A stretch of DNA of 64,000 bases from Terriglobia bacterium. GTDB lineage: Bacteria > Acidobacteriota > Polarisedimenticolia > Polarisedimenticolales > JAIQFR01. Positions within the stretch are counted from its first letter, which is position 1. Every line of letters begins with the position of its first letter. A program made the translations under genes and the position numbers. The notes beneath the pieces were generated by a model. The model did not search any database and was not told the origin of the DNA. It saw only the letters and a list, made by a program, of their open reading frames with translations. The DNA lies in NCBI GenBank assembly GCA_963748015.1, contig CAVVHE010000009.1, positions 256,001 through 320,000 of the forward strand. The letters are read 5' to 3'. Positions 18,796 to 28,536 of this stretch are shown here, piece by piece.

Positions 18796-20841
18796 ATGAG
18801 ACGACCTCCTCGGAAGACCAGGGACTCGAGCGCGGGCGGCGCATCCGCGCGGCCGCGGCCGGCGGGGGAGCGCGTCGCGATGTTGCTGCCCGGGTTCGTG
18901 GCGGCGCTGCTGTACGCGCGGTCGGTCGCGAACGGGTTCGCGCTCGACGACCGGATCGACCTCCTCGAGAACCGGTTCGTCACGGGGCCGCTCGATCTCG
19001 GCGGCATCTTCGGGAGCGAGTACTACGGCGGGTGGGGGCACATGGCCTCCGGACACTACCGGCCGCTCGTGACCCTGACCTACAAGGCGGTCGCGTCGCT
19101 GTTCGGGCTGAGACCGGCGCCGTACCACGCGCTGAACGTCCTCCTCTTCGCGCTGATCGTGACGCTGACCGTTTACCTCGTCGCCCGCATCGCGGGAAAC
19201 GCGAGGACGGGGGTGCTCGCCGGGCTGATCTTCGCGGTCCATCCGGTCGTCTCGGAGCCGGTCGCGTCGGTGGTCGGGCTCAAGGATCTGGCCGCGGCCG
19301 GGCTCGGGATGCTCTCGGTTTTCCTCTACCTGCGTGGGCGCGAGGCGAGTCGCTTCGCGGAAACGGGCGTCGGAGCAAGCCACGCCGTCGCGACGTCCGC
19401 GGCGCTCTTCGCGGCGCTCCTGTTCAAGGAGACGGCGCTGGCCTTCGTCCCGATCGCTCTCGCCGCGGAATTCCTGCACCCGGCGTCCCCCGCGGCACGG
19501 GAGCGGCTCGTCGTCGTGAAGCGCGCGATGGCGATCTGGCCGCTCGCGGCGAGTGCCCTCGCGGTCCTCGCGGCCCGCGCGGCGGTCACCGGCGGCCTCT
19601 TCCGGCCGAACGCGATCGAGGCGGTGGACAATCCCCTCGTGGTCCTCGCCATGCCCTTCCGGTGGCTCGCAGCCACGGGACTGCTCGGGCGCTATCTCGC
19701 GCTTTTCGCATGGCCCTCCTGTCTCTCCAGCGACTACTCCCTGGGGTCACTGCCGCTTCCGCAGTCCGCGGGGGATCCCTGGATCGTGGGCTCGCTCCTC
19801 CTGGCGGCCGCCATCGCCGTGGCCCTGGCCTGGACGATGCGGCGAGAGCCGCGCGCCGCAGCCTTCGGCCTGTTCTCGTTCGCGGCTTCCTACCTCCTGG
19901 TTTCCAACGTCATCGTCCTCGTCAACACGATCATGGGGGACCGGCTGTTCTTCCTGCCGGCGTGGGGACTCTGCATCGCGCTCGCAGGGCTTATCGTCGC
20001 GGCGCACGACCGCCTGCTACCGGAAAGAACGGCGCGCAAGGCGGTCTCGGCGATCGCGATCCTCGTCCTGATCGTGCCGCTCGCGGCGAGGACGTGGGCG
20101 CGAATCGGCGACTGGCGGAGTAACGCCACCCTCGCCGACTCCGTCCACCGCTGCTATCCCGGCAACGTGAAGGTCCTCGTCGTCCTGGCGGAGCGCGAGG
20201 CTCGTCTCGGCCGCCACGACGAGGCGCGCGCCCTCTACGAGCGGGCCATCGCCGCGGGACCCGACGCGTCCTACGCCCGGGCCGCGATGGGTGTCTACCT
20301 GCTCGACCGCGGCGAGACCGACCGGGCGGTGGCACTGCTCGAGTCGAGCGCCGCGGGGCGCACGCCGATTCCGGGAGCGACGCTGCGTCTCGCCCTGTCG
20401 TACCTCGATCGCAACCGCGACGACGACGCGTTCCGGGTCGCCACGCGCGCCCTCGAGGCGGGTCCGAGCTACGGCGACGCGGCGATGGCTCACGTGGTGC
20501 GCGGAGAGGTGCTCCTCCGGCGTTCGGACCCGGCCGGCGCCGCGATCGAGTACCGCCTCGCGATTCGCGAGAGCCCCGGCGAGGCGGTGGCGCACTTCAA
20601 TCTCGGCCGGGTCCTCGAAGCGCAGGGCCGGCTCGAGGAAGCCCTCGACGAGCTGCTGCGGGCGGACGCGCTCGCGCCGAACGACGCGCGAATCCTCTAC
20701 GCGCGCTCCCTCGTCGAGGCGAAGCTCGGCCGGCCCGGCCGCGCGCTCGAGACGATCGAGAGGCTCGGAGCCCTCGATCCTCGTCTGGCCGCCGAGGCGA
20801 GGCGCCGCCTCGCCGGAAAAGGGCCTGCCGGAGAGCGGTAG
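18796..20841 (+). CDS. TMTC-like GT-C glycosyltransferase with TPRs
   Basis: FALDD, YRPLVTL, FAVHPV.SEPV, LSSDYS, GDRLFFLP, TPRs. Confidence 0.85.
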   Translation: MRRPPRKTRDSSAGGASARPRPAGERVAMLLPGFVAALLYARSVANGFALDDRIDLLENRFVTGPLDLGGIFGSEYYGGWGHMASGHYRPLVTLTYKAVASLFGLRPAPYHALNVLLFALIVTLTVYLVARIAGNARTGVLAGLIFAVHPVVSEPVASVVGLKDLAAAGLGMLSVFLYLRGREASRFAETGVGASHAVATSAALFAALLFKETALAFVPIALAAEFLHPASPAARERLVVVKRAMAIWPLAASALAVLAARAAVTGGLFRPNAIEAVDNPLVVLAMPFRWLAATGLLGRYLALFAWPSCLSSDYSLGSLPLPQSAGDPWIVGSLLLAAAIAVALAWTMRREPRAAAFGLFSFAASYLLVSNVIVLVNTIMGDRLFFLPAWGLCIALAGLIVAAHDRLLPERTARKAVSAIAILVLIVPLAARTWARIGDWRSNATLADSVHRCYPGNVKVLVVLAEREARLGRHDEARALYERAIAAGPDASYARAAMGVYLLDRGETDRAVALLESSAAGRTPIPGATLRLALSYLDRNRDDDAFRVATRALEAGPSYGDAAMAHVVRGEVLLRRSDPAGAAIEYRLAIRESPGEAVAHFNLGRVLEAQGRLEEALDELLRADALAPNDARILYARSLVEAKLGRPGRALETIERLGALDPRLAAEARRRLAGKGPAGER

Positions 20842-20900
20842 CCGTCCGGGCCGTCTTGACGTTCATTTGCTGAAAAGATTGAAAAGACTAAACTTCTCGA

Positions 20901-21614
20901 ATGAGAAGAACTTGTGCTTCCTTGCTCCGGCCGCTGTCCATCGCGGCCCTCCTACTCTGCGCGGTGCCGCCCCCGGCAAATTCCGGTGAAGCCGCGCAGG
21001 CCCTGACGCTCTACGACCTTCACGACCGGCCCATGTCGCTCGACGCCTACAAGGGAAAAGTGGTCGCGCTCGACTTCTGGGCGCCCTGGTGCGTGCCGTG
21101 CCGGAAGAGCTTTCCGTTTCTCGACGGCCTGCAGAGCAAGTACGCGGCCCAGGGACTGCAGGTCGTCGGCCTGACGCTCGAGGAGGACCCGGACGCCGTC
21201 GCGGCGTTTCTCGACGCCGTCCCCGTGCATTTCACGATCGCGCGGGATCCCTCGCAGCACGCCGGAGAAACCTTCGGCGTCGTCGCGATGCCGACGACGC
21301 TGCTCCTGGACCGCGACGGGCGCGTCGCCGCGCGGTTCGAAGGGGGGAGCGAGCGCGTTCACGGGAAGATCGAGAGCGCGGTGGTGATTCTCCTGGCCGG
21401 CGGCAAGCTTCCCCCCGGAACGGACGTCCACGTCTCCTCGAGCCTGGAGGCGTCGGACGCCCTCCACGCGTGGGAGCGCGGCTACCTCGCCGATCCGATC
21501 ATGAATCTCGACGGCGATCCGCTGACGCGCGTCCTGCGCGAGCACATCCACGCCAGCAAGGAAGGGGCCGCGGGCGACGGCGGGGCGTCGGGAGGCGGCT
21601 GTGGCTGCAACTAG
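20901..21614 (+). CDS. TlpA-like thioredoxin fused to a DUF4266-like C-terminal peptide
   Basis: DFWAPWCVPC. Tail AWERGYLADPIM..EHIHASKEGAAG..GGGCGCN. Confidence 0.85.
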   Translation: MRRTCASLLRPLSIAALLLCAVPPPANSGEAAQALTLYDLHDRPMSLDAYKGKVVALDFWAPWCVPCRKSFPFLDGLQSKYAAQGLQVVGLTLEEDPDAVAAFLDAVPVHFTIARDPSQHAGETFGVVAMPTTLLLDRDGRVAARFEGGSERVHGKIESAVVILLAGGKLPPGTDVHVSSSLEASDALHAWERGYLADPIMNLDGDPLTRVLREHIHASKEGAAGDGGASGGGCGCN

Positions 21615-22827
21615 GCGCAAGAAGAAAGACCGCACGCGCCGCCGTCTTCGCGCGTTCCCCTGGGTCGCCGCGGGCCTCGGAGCGCTCGCGGCCCCGGGCG
21701 CGCACGCGCAATCGACCCTCGACTTCCGGTATCTCTTCTACAAGGAGTCGGGGGGCCGCACGGAGGTCTCGAACCCGACGGTCTTCCTCCACCAGGACTT
21801 CGGGGAGGCCGGAGGGCAGCTCTCCCTGCTGCTCGGCTACGACACGATCTCGGGAGCGTCCCCCACCGGCGCCTACCCCACGGCGGACACGGTCACCTCC
21901 GCGTCGGGCGCGACGAGCTCCGCCAACATCCCGCTCGCGCAGTATCAGGACCAGCGCAAGTCGGGAACGCTCTCCTACGCGCGGAAGTTCGGCTCGCACC
22001 TCCCGTCGGTGGACCTCTCGTACTCGAAGGAGAACGACTACCTCTCGAAGACCTGGGGGGCGTCCGACGCGTGGACGATGGCGCACGGGCGCGGAACGCT
22101 CCACTTCGGGTACTCGGCCTCGCGCGACACCGTCAGCCCCACGACCTCCACCGCCGACTACCCGAAGTCGACCGACGGGTACTCCGCGGGCTGGACGTGG
22201 ATCGCCGGCGAGAGAGACCTGTTCGACGTGTCGGCCACCGTGATGAATCTCTCGGGATACCTCGACGACCCGTACAAGATCGTTCCGGTCGGCACGGGGA
22301 CGATGCCGGATCACCGTCCGGACTCGCGCTCGCGGCGCGCGGTCGTCGGGAAGTACGGGCACTACTACACGTCCCGCGCGGCGCTCAGGACCTCCTACCG
22401 GTATTACTGGGACGATTGGGGGATCAAGGCCCACACCCTCGACATCGACTTCGACCAGCACGTGGGGGCGCGGTGGCTCGTCTCGCCGCGGCTGCGGCTC
22501 TACACGCAGACTGCGGCTTCGTTCTACGCCAGCTCGCTGCCGAGCCCGGAGACCTACATGTCGGCCGACTACCGCCTCTCATCGTTCAACAGCGTGCTCG
22601 GCGGTCTCACGCTCTCGTACGAGCTGCGCAGCGGGCTGACCGTCAGCGCGGGCGCCACGGCGCAGGCCCAGTCCGGCCGGGACCGCATCGTTCCGCTCCC
22701 GGCGCCGGCTATCGCGGCCTTGCGCGAGGACGGCGACGACGGCGAGGAAGGCTCGGGCGGAGGAACCGTGTCCGCCGCGGACCTCACCACGTTCACCTTC
22801 ACCGTCGGCCTGTCCTGGCGGTACTGA
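21601..22827 (+). CDS. DUF3570-family outer-membrane beta-barrel protein
   Basis: DTISGASP, SKENDYLS, YRYYWDDWGIKAHT, SADYRLS, aromatic C-terminus. Operon context. Confidence 0.8.
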   Translation: MAATRRKKKDRTRRRLRAFPWVAAGLGALAAPGAHAQSTLDFRYLFYKESGGRTEVSNPTVFLHQDFGEAGGQLSLLLGYDTISGASPTGAYPTADTVTSASGATSSANIPLAQYQDQRKSGTLSYARKFGSHLPSVDLSYSKENDYLSKTWGASDAWTMAHGRGTLHFGYSASRDTVSPTTSTADYPKSTDGYSAGWTWIAGERDLFDVSATVMNLSGYLDDPYKIVPVGTGTMPDHRPDSRSRRAVVGKYGHYYTSRAALRTSYRYYWDDWGIKAHTLDIDFDQHVGARWLVSPRLRLYTQTAASFYASSLPSPETYMSADYRLSSFNSVLGGLTLSYELRSGLTVSAGATAQAQSGRDRIVPLPAPAIAALREDGDDGEEGSGGGTVSAADLTTFTFTVGLSWRY

Positions 22828-22832
22828 CCGGC

Positions 22833-23798
22833 GTGGACGGTCCCGTCCTCTACACGACGCGCTTCCCCTTGATGGGCGGCGCGGCCCTCGTCCGCTTCGT
22901 GGACCATCGAGGCCGCGCCCGCGCGGAGCGAATCGCTAGGGCGGTCGAGGACGAGGCCCGCCGGATCGAGCACAAGTTCTCGCGCTACCGGGACTCGAGC
23001 GTCGTTTCGGAGATCAACCGCGCCGCGGGACGCGCCCCGGTGGCGGTGGACCGGGAGACGGAGGACCTCGTGCGGTCGTCGCTCGATCTCGCCGGCTCCA
23101 CCTCCGGCCGGTTCGATCCGACCGTCGGCGTCCTCCGGCGCGCGTGGAACTTCAAGGCGGGGAAGGTGCCCACGGACGCCGAGCTCGCGGAGCTGCTGCC
23201 CCTCGTGGACGCCTCGGCGGTCTCGGTGCGTGACGGGACGGTGTTCCTCGAGCGGCAGGGGATGGAGATCGATCTCGGCGGCGTCGGCAAGGAATACGCT
23301 GTCGACCGCGCGGCGCAGCTCCTGCGCGACGAGGGGATCCGGTCGGCCATCGTCAACTTCGCGGGGGACGTGCGCACGGTGGGCGGCCGCGGCGACGGCC
23401 GCCCCTGGTCGGTCGGGGTCATCGACCCGCGCGACCCCTCGCGGTGCCGCTTCGCCGTCCGGGCGGTGGGGGACGCGGGAGTCGCGACCTCCGGCGACTA
23501 CGAGCGCTGCTTCATGAAGGACGGCGTGCGCTACCACCACATCCTGGACGCGACGACGGGCTGGCCCGCACGGGGCCTCCGCTCGGCGACGGTCGTGGCG
23601 GCGACGGCGTTCCTCGCGGGACGCTTCGCCACCGCGGCGTTCCTTCTCGGTCCCGACGCCGGCCTCGACCTCCTCGATCGCGCCCCCGGCGTCGAGGGGG
23701 CGCTGATCGACGAGGAAGGGAGCGTCCTGGCGACGGACGGCATGTCGCGCCTGTCCGACCTGCCCGGCAGCCTCTACGCGGCGTACCCCGCCGTCTGA
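22833..23798 (+). CDS. apbE: FAD:protein FMN transferase
   Basis: FDPTVG, IDLGGVGKEYAVD, VATSGDYER, YHHILD..TGWP. Confidence 0.92.
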   Translation: MDGPVLYTTRFPLMGGAALVRFVDHRGRARAERIARAVEDEARRIEHKFSRYRDSSVVSEINRAAGRAPVAVDRETEDLVRSSLDLAGSTSGRFDPTVGVLRRAWNFKAGKVPTDAELAELLPLVDASAVSVRDGTVFLERQGMEIDLGGVGKEYAVDRAAQLLRDEGIRSAIVNFAGDVRTVGGRGDGRPWSVGVIDPRDPSRCRFAVRAVGDAGVATSGDYERCFMKDGVRYHHILDATTGWPARGLRSATVVAATAFLAGRFATAAFLLGPDAGLDLLDRAPGVEGALIDEEGSVLATDGMSRLSDLPGSLYAAYPAV

Positions 23799-23870
23799 GC
23801 GTCCCGTCCGGCCGTGATCCTCGAGGCCGCGGCCGCGCGTGGGGGGACCCGCGGCGTCGCTCGGGCCAAG

Positions 23871-25640
23871 TCAGTACGTCTCTGGGTTGTGGTTGTCGCC
23901 GTGACAGGTCAGGTAGCACGCGCCGTGACGGGCTCCCCGGTCTTCGAAGCGGAGGATGCCGCTCGACGAAGGACTCACCACGCTCACGTCGAAGTTGATC
24001 AGGTTGGAGTTGTTCGTCGAGTTGCCCTGGGTCGCGCTCACGCCGTGGGGGTCGTGGCAGACGGAGCAGGACGCATTCTCCCCGTCGATGTGCAGGTTGT
24101 GACGGGGGAACGACACGTTGCCCATGATGCTGCTCTGGCTGTGGCACTTGAAGCAGAGGGCGTACATCTGGGCGAAGTTCGTACCGGAGTTGTTCGCCCC
24201 CACGTTGAGGTTCCGCTCGAGCAGGTGCGGATACTGCGATCCGTGGGGGCCCCTGGGACCGGTGCCCCCGGCGCCCGGCCCGGTGTCGTTGTCGTGGCAG
24301 CTCGTGCAGTAGATCACGCTGGCCGTGGTGTACGGCGCGAGCAGGCTCGGCACGTCCGCGTTCCTGCCCGCCGCCTCGACCGCGTGGTGCGAGGGGTTGG
24401 TCGGGTCGAACTCGAGGCGCACGTTGAACTGCACGAGCTGCCGGCGCGTGTAGGGAGGGGTCGGAAGCCCGGACGGCTGCGGCTTGTTGGCGCTGTCCGC
24501 GTGGCACTTGAAGCAGATCTGGTACTCGTAGGACGCCGGGCTCACGCGGACCCCCCCGGAGCTGAGCCCCCAGGTTCCGCTCAACGCGCCCGAGACCGCC
24601 GGTGCGCTGGCGGCTCGCGAGTAGGAGGCGTGCGCGTTGTGACAGTCCGCGCACTCCGCGTGGCGCGGGGCCGAGGGGTTCGTCTCGGGCAGCGGCCGCG
24701 TCGCGCTCGACGGGGTCTCGGCGGCGTCGTGGCTCGACGGGGTCGTGGCGTAGGTCGGGTGGACATACGCCTTGTTGAACTCGGCCGAGATGTTCCTCGC
24801 AGCGACCGAGCCGTTGTGGCAGCGGTCGCACGTCGCCTCCTCGACGAACTTCAGGAGCCTCTGGGGGACGTTGCCGGAGTGCGGGCGGTGGCAGCTCTCG
24901 CAGCCGTTGTCCCGCACGGTGGTGTATCCCGTGTGCGCCCCCTGAGAGGCCGTGTACGTCTTCGTCGAGGACTGGTGGGCGGAGGGGTTCGTGCTCCAGG
25001 CCGCGGGCCGGTGACAGGTCACGCAGACCGCGGACGCCTGGTTGCTCTTGACCAGGAATTTCCGGGTCACCGTGTCGCGGTCCTCCGTGTGGGGGTCGTG
25101 GCACGCCGTGCACTGGACGCTGCCGGTCTCGTCGTAGGCGACGGCGTCTCCCGCGGGAGGAGCGACCATCTCGGGGTCCGCGACGCTCGGCTGGAACGAG
25201 ATCGGGTGGTCGTCGGTCAGGTCCACGCCGAGGTTCGACGTGCCGGCGGGCATCTTTCCGCCCGCGGCCGTGTTCGAGAGCGAGATCAGCCCGTCGTTGA
25301 CCGTCTGGCCCAGCGCCACCGTGCCGTCGTGGCAGCTCAGGCAGAGCTTGGAGGAACCCGAGGGCTGCCCGACGGGGGTGGCAGCCCTCATCGTGCTGCT
25401 GCCGTAGGTCGAATAGGAGGTCGTGGATCCGGCGTGGTTCCACAGGGGCGCGGCCGGCCTCGCGTTGTGCGGCGTGTGGCAGAAGATGCAGGTCTCGCTC
25501 TCCGCGGTCGCGCGAATCGGGCCGGGCCCGGTCGTGGAGAGATTGTGCTTCGAGGTCGCGAGGTCCGCCGCGAGAGACGGCAGTCCCGAGGGCAGAGCGA
25601 GGGCGAGAGCCGCGCACAGCCACGTCGCGAGCGTCTTCAC
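23871..25640 (-). CDS. Secreted multiheme cytochrome c (11 CxxCH + 1 CxxxCH) with an OmcE-like N-terminal module
   Basis: GTG 25640 start with signal peptide. Heme motifs counted in the translation. Confidence 0.9.
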   Translation of the reverse strand: MKTLATWLCAALALALPSGLPSLAADLATSKHNLSTTGPGPIRATAESETCIFCHTPHNARPAAPLWNHAGSTTSYSTYGSSTMRAATPVGQPSGSSKLCLSCHDGTVALGQTVNDGLISLSNTAAGGKMPAGTSNLGVDLTDDHPISFQPSVADPEMVAPPAGDAVAYDETGSVQCTACHDPHTEDRDTVTRKFLVKSNQASAVCVTCHRPAAWSTNPSAHQSSTKTYTASQGAHTGYTTVRDNGCESCHRPHSGNVPQRLLKFVEEATCDRCHNGSVAARNISAEFNKAYVHPTYATTPSSHDAAETPSSATRPLPETNPSAPRHAECADCHNAHASYSRAASAPAVSGALSGTWGLSSGGVRVSPASYEYQICFKCHADSANKPQPSGLPTPPYTRRQLVQFNVRLEFDPTNPSHHAVEAAGRNADVPSLLAPYTTASVIYCTSCHDNDTGPGAGGTGPRGPHGSQYPHLLERNLNVGANNSGTNFAQMYALCFKCHSQSSIMGNVSFPRHNLHIDGENASCSVCHDPHGVSATQGNSTNNSNLINFDVSVVSPSSSGILRFEDRGARHGACYLTCHGDNHNPETY

Positions 25641-26707
25641 GAGCCGCCCTCGCCGCGCCCCGGATCGCCGAGGTATCGCAGGATCTGGATCCGGTGGTTC
25701 GCGGAATCGGCGACGAGGATCCTCCCCGCGTCGTCGACGTGGATCCCGGCCGGTAGCTCGAACTCGCCCGGGCCGCTCCCGGTGCCGCCGACGATCGTGA
25801 GGAGCGCTCCCGCGGCGTCGAACACCTGTATGACGTCGTGCAGTCCCTCGACGACGTAGACGTGGCCGTCGCGGTCCAGCGCGATCCCCTTCGCCTTGTC
25901 GAAGCTCCCCGGAACGTGCCCCGCCGCTCCGAACGCGCGCACGAAGCGGCCGGACCCGTCGAGGACCTGGACCCGGAAGTTCATGGAATCGCCGACATAG
26001 AGGTTTCCCTCGCGGTCGACCGCGACGGACACCGGGTAGTTGAGCTGGCCGTCGCCGGCTCCCCTTCCTCCGGCCTCCATCACGCGGTTCCCGGTGGCGT
26101 CGAACCCGACGATCCTGTGCGCGAGCGTATCCACCACGTACAGGAGCTCTCGCTCCCGGTCGAAGGCCAGGCCGGTCGGGCGGAGGAGCCGGCCTCCTCC
26201 GCCGAGCGTACCGGTCCAGCTCCCCTCGCCGTCGAAGACGAACACCGCCGCGCGCATGGAGTCGGACACGTAGATCCTTCCGTGCCCGTCGCAGGCGACC
26301 CCCACCGGCGACACGAGCGGCGCGCCGTCGGCCTCGCGGATGCGGCGGTACTTCGTGCGCGCCGTGTCGAACAGGTGCACGCTGCGCGCGTCCGGATCGG
26401 CCACCGCGATCGACCCGTCCGGGGTCACGGTGACGGCGTAGGGGCGCGACATTCCCTCGCGCCTCCGGCCGCGAACGAGCTGGTCGAGGAAGCGAACGAG
26501 CCGGTTGTGCTGGATGCCGAGATCGGCGGGGACGCTCACCGTTTGGAGCCACTCGATGCGAGGAGGATCGGGGGGAGGGGGCCACGCCGGCCTCGGTCCC
26601 GCGGGATCGTGGCGGGCCGGGCCCCGCGCGCAGGCGGGAAGGAGTCCCGCCAGCAGCACCAAGGCAAACGCGCGCCCCACGAAGCTCGAAGCCGTTCGAC
26701 CGCTCAC
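25637..26707 (-). CDS. NHL-repeat beta-propeller lipoprotein
   Basis: Lipobox LLPAC, WPPPPDPPRI, NHL repeats (PxGxAxD..YVxD..HRI). Confidence 0.9.
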   Translation of the reverse strand: MSGRTASSFVGRAFALVLLAGLLPACARGPARHDPAGPRPAWPPPPDPPRIEWLQTVSVPADLGIQHNRLVRFLDQLVRGRRREGMSRPYAVTVTPDGSIAVADPDARSVHLFDTARTKYRRIREADGAPLVSPVGVACDGHGRIYVSDSMRAAVFVFDGEGSWTGTLGGGGRLLRPTGLAFDRERELLYVVDTLAHRIVGFDATGNRVMEAGGRGAGDGQLNYPVSVAVDREGNLYVGDSMNFRVQVLDGSGRFVRAFGAAGHVPGSFDKAKGIALDRDGHVYVVEGLHDVIQVFDAAGALLTIVGGTGSGPGEFELPAGIHVDDAGRILVADSANHRIQILRYLGDPGRGEGGS

Positions 26708-26717
26708 GTTTCCCCCG

Positions 26718-28466
26718 TCAGAAGAGAAGCCGGCTGACCTTCAGCAGGACCGTGTCCTGCGAGAAGGAGGTGTCGTTGTTCCGCTCGTAGTGTGACACGG
26801 TCAGCGTGATCCTCCACACCGCCCAGCTCCACTCGACCTCGGGATGGTACGAGAGGACCGTCTCTCTGCCGATGGACGTGAACTCTCGGTTCTCGAACCG
26901 GGCCTGGATTCGCGCCTGCAGGTGCCGGTGGAACCTCCAGTAGCCGCCCGCGAACGCGATCCTCGCCCGGTTCACCAGGTCGCTCCCCGGCGTGAAGGGC
27001 GACCCCGACGCCGGGTCCGGGATGAATTCCGAGATGCCGTCGCGTGCCGACGCGCCGACGGAGACGCCGCCGCTCGGCGAGGAGAGGCTACCGTCGACGC
27101 CGATCTCGCGGCTGGTCTGCAGTCCGAACTGGAAGGTGTCGTACCGGTTACCGCGCACGTAGGCCGACGTCCGCCACTGAACGGACTCGCCGGTCCCTCC
27201 CTCGAGGCCCACGGTTCCCCGGGCCTCGTCGAACGAGTACCCCACCCCGGTGGTGTCGTTCTGGTCCTTGCGGTAGGACACGGAGGCGAAGACCTGCTCG
27301 GCCCGCGCGACGGGCATTCGCGCCTCGACGTCGAGCGACCCGTTCTTAATGTCGCGGAGCTCTCCGGTGTCGAACTTGGTCCGGGTGAACCCCATCGCGC
27401 CCGCCGCGCCGAGGTGAAAATCGCTCCACTCCCGGGTGTAGCGGAGCCCGGCCACGACGCCGGCGAGATCCTGCATCGTGTCGATCCCGTTCGCGGCGGT
27501 CTCGAGCTTTCCGCCGATCACGCCGGCGTCCGACTCCCAGTGCTCGGCCAGCGTGAACCGGGCCATGCCCCGCGCGGTGTGGCTCGTCGAGTTCACGAAC
27601 TTCCCGTCGTTCCGGTCGTAGTCGTAGCTGAGGTTGAAGCCCACGCGGCGCCTGAGCGGGACGTCGTAGATCCCGGAGAAACGGCCCGTGTTCAGCTCGT
27701 CGCGCTCCCCCGTGTTGAAGAGCGCATCCGAGAGCCCGCGGCTGCCGTGGACGAGAAGGGTCGAGCCGTTGGCGAACCCCGTCCGGTCCTCGACGACGAG
27801 CTCCTGGCGCTTGAACCGGGTGTCGTTCACCAGCTCGCTCTGGTCGTCGAGCGTGTAGCGCGCGGAGAGCTCGCCGTTGTCGAACCGCTGGATGAACTGC
27901 AGCGTACCGTTGGTCCTCCGCTCCTTCAGCGAGACCGGCGACAGCAGGTCGTAGGAGGACTTGTCGAACTGAGCGCGGAGATTGCGTCCCCCGGCGGTGG
28001 CGAGGTTCCACTCCGCGCCATAGGCCGCCGTCTCCCGGTCGCTGCTCGCGAGCGAGACGGCCGCCGTGTCGGTCGTCGAGCGCCTCGCGAAGAGCAGGAG
28101 CGGGAAGGGGCGCGAGGGGAAGAAGGTCATCATCGCGCGGTAGCCGAGGGTGGTGTCGTCGAGCCGCTGCCCGTCCACCTTCTGGTCCGCGCGGAAGAAA
28201 TCGAGACCCAGCGCGTAGCGGTTGAATCGCGTGTCCCAGATCGCCCCCGTGAGGTCGAGGGAGTACCTCTGGCGGAAGGCGTCGAAGTGGGCCACCGTTC
28301 CCTCGGAGTCGCCGACGCTGCGGTAGAGCTCCCAGTCCGCCGACCCGTTGAGGCGGGCGGCGCCCGCGCGGTCCTCTTCGGCCTCCCAGGTGGCCTGGGA
28401 AAAGGCCGGAGCGACCGTCAGGGCGAGCGCCGCCAGCAGGAAGAACGCGCGTCGAGACGAGCGCAT
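26718..28466 (-). CDS. Putative outer-membrane beta-barrel protein
   Basis: Signal peptide, alternating amphipathic strands, C-terminal Phe. Confidence 0.7.
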   Translation of the reverse strand: MRSSRRAFFLLAALALTVAPAFSQATWEAEEDRAGAARLNGSADWELYRSVGDSEGTVAHFDAFRQRYSLDLTGAIWDTRFNRYALGLDFFRADQKVDGQRLDDTTLGYRAMMTFFPSRPFPLLLFARRSTTDTAAVSLASSDRETAAYGAEWNLATAGGRNLRAQFDKSSYDLLSPVSLKERRTNGTLQFIQRFDNGELSARYTLDDQSELVNDTRFKRQELVVEDRTGFANGSTLLVHGSRGLSDALFNTGERDELNTGRFSGIYDVPLRRRVGFNLSYDYDRNDGKFVNSTSHTARGMARFTLAEHWESDAGVIGGKLETAANGIDTMQDLAGVVAGLRYTREWSDFHLGAAGAMGFTRTKFDTGELRDIKNGSLDVEARMPVARAEQVFASVSYRKDQNDTTGVGYSFDEARGTVGLEGGTGESVQWRTSAYVRGNRYDTFQFGLQTSREIGVDGSLSSPSGGVSVGASARDGISEFIPDPASGSPFTPGSDLVNRARIAFAGGYWRFHRHLQARIQARFENREFTSIGRETVLSYHPEVEWSWAVWRITLTVSHYERNNDTSFSQDTVLLKVSRLLF

Positions 28467-28483
28467 CGTCTCAGGGAAGACGA

Positions 28484-28520
28484 CGGGCGTCCGCCCCTCG
28501 TGCCCAGGGCGGGACGCCCG
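28484..28520 (-). terminator. Intra-operon hairpin right after the tetraheme cytochrome gene
   Basis: CGGGCGTCC-GCCC .. GGGC-G-GGACGCCCG stem. Confidence 0.5.
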
Positions 28521-28536
28521 GCGCCTCGCTCCCTGC

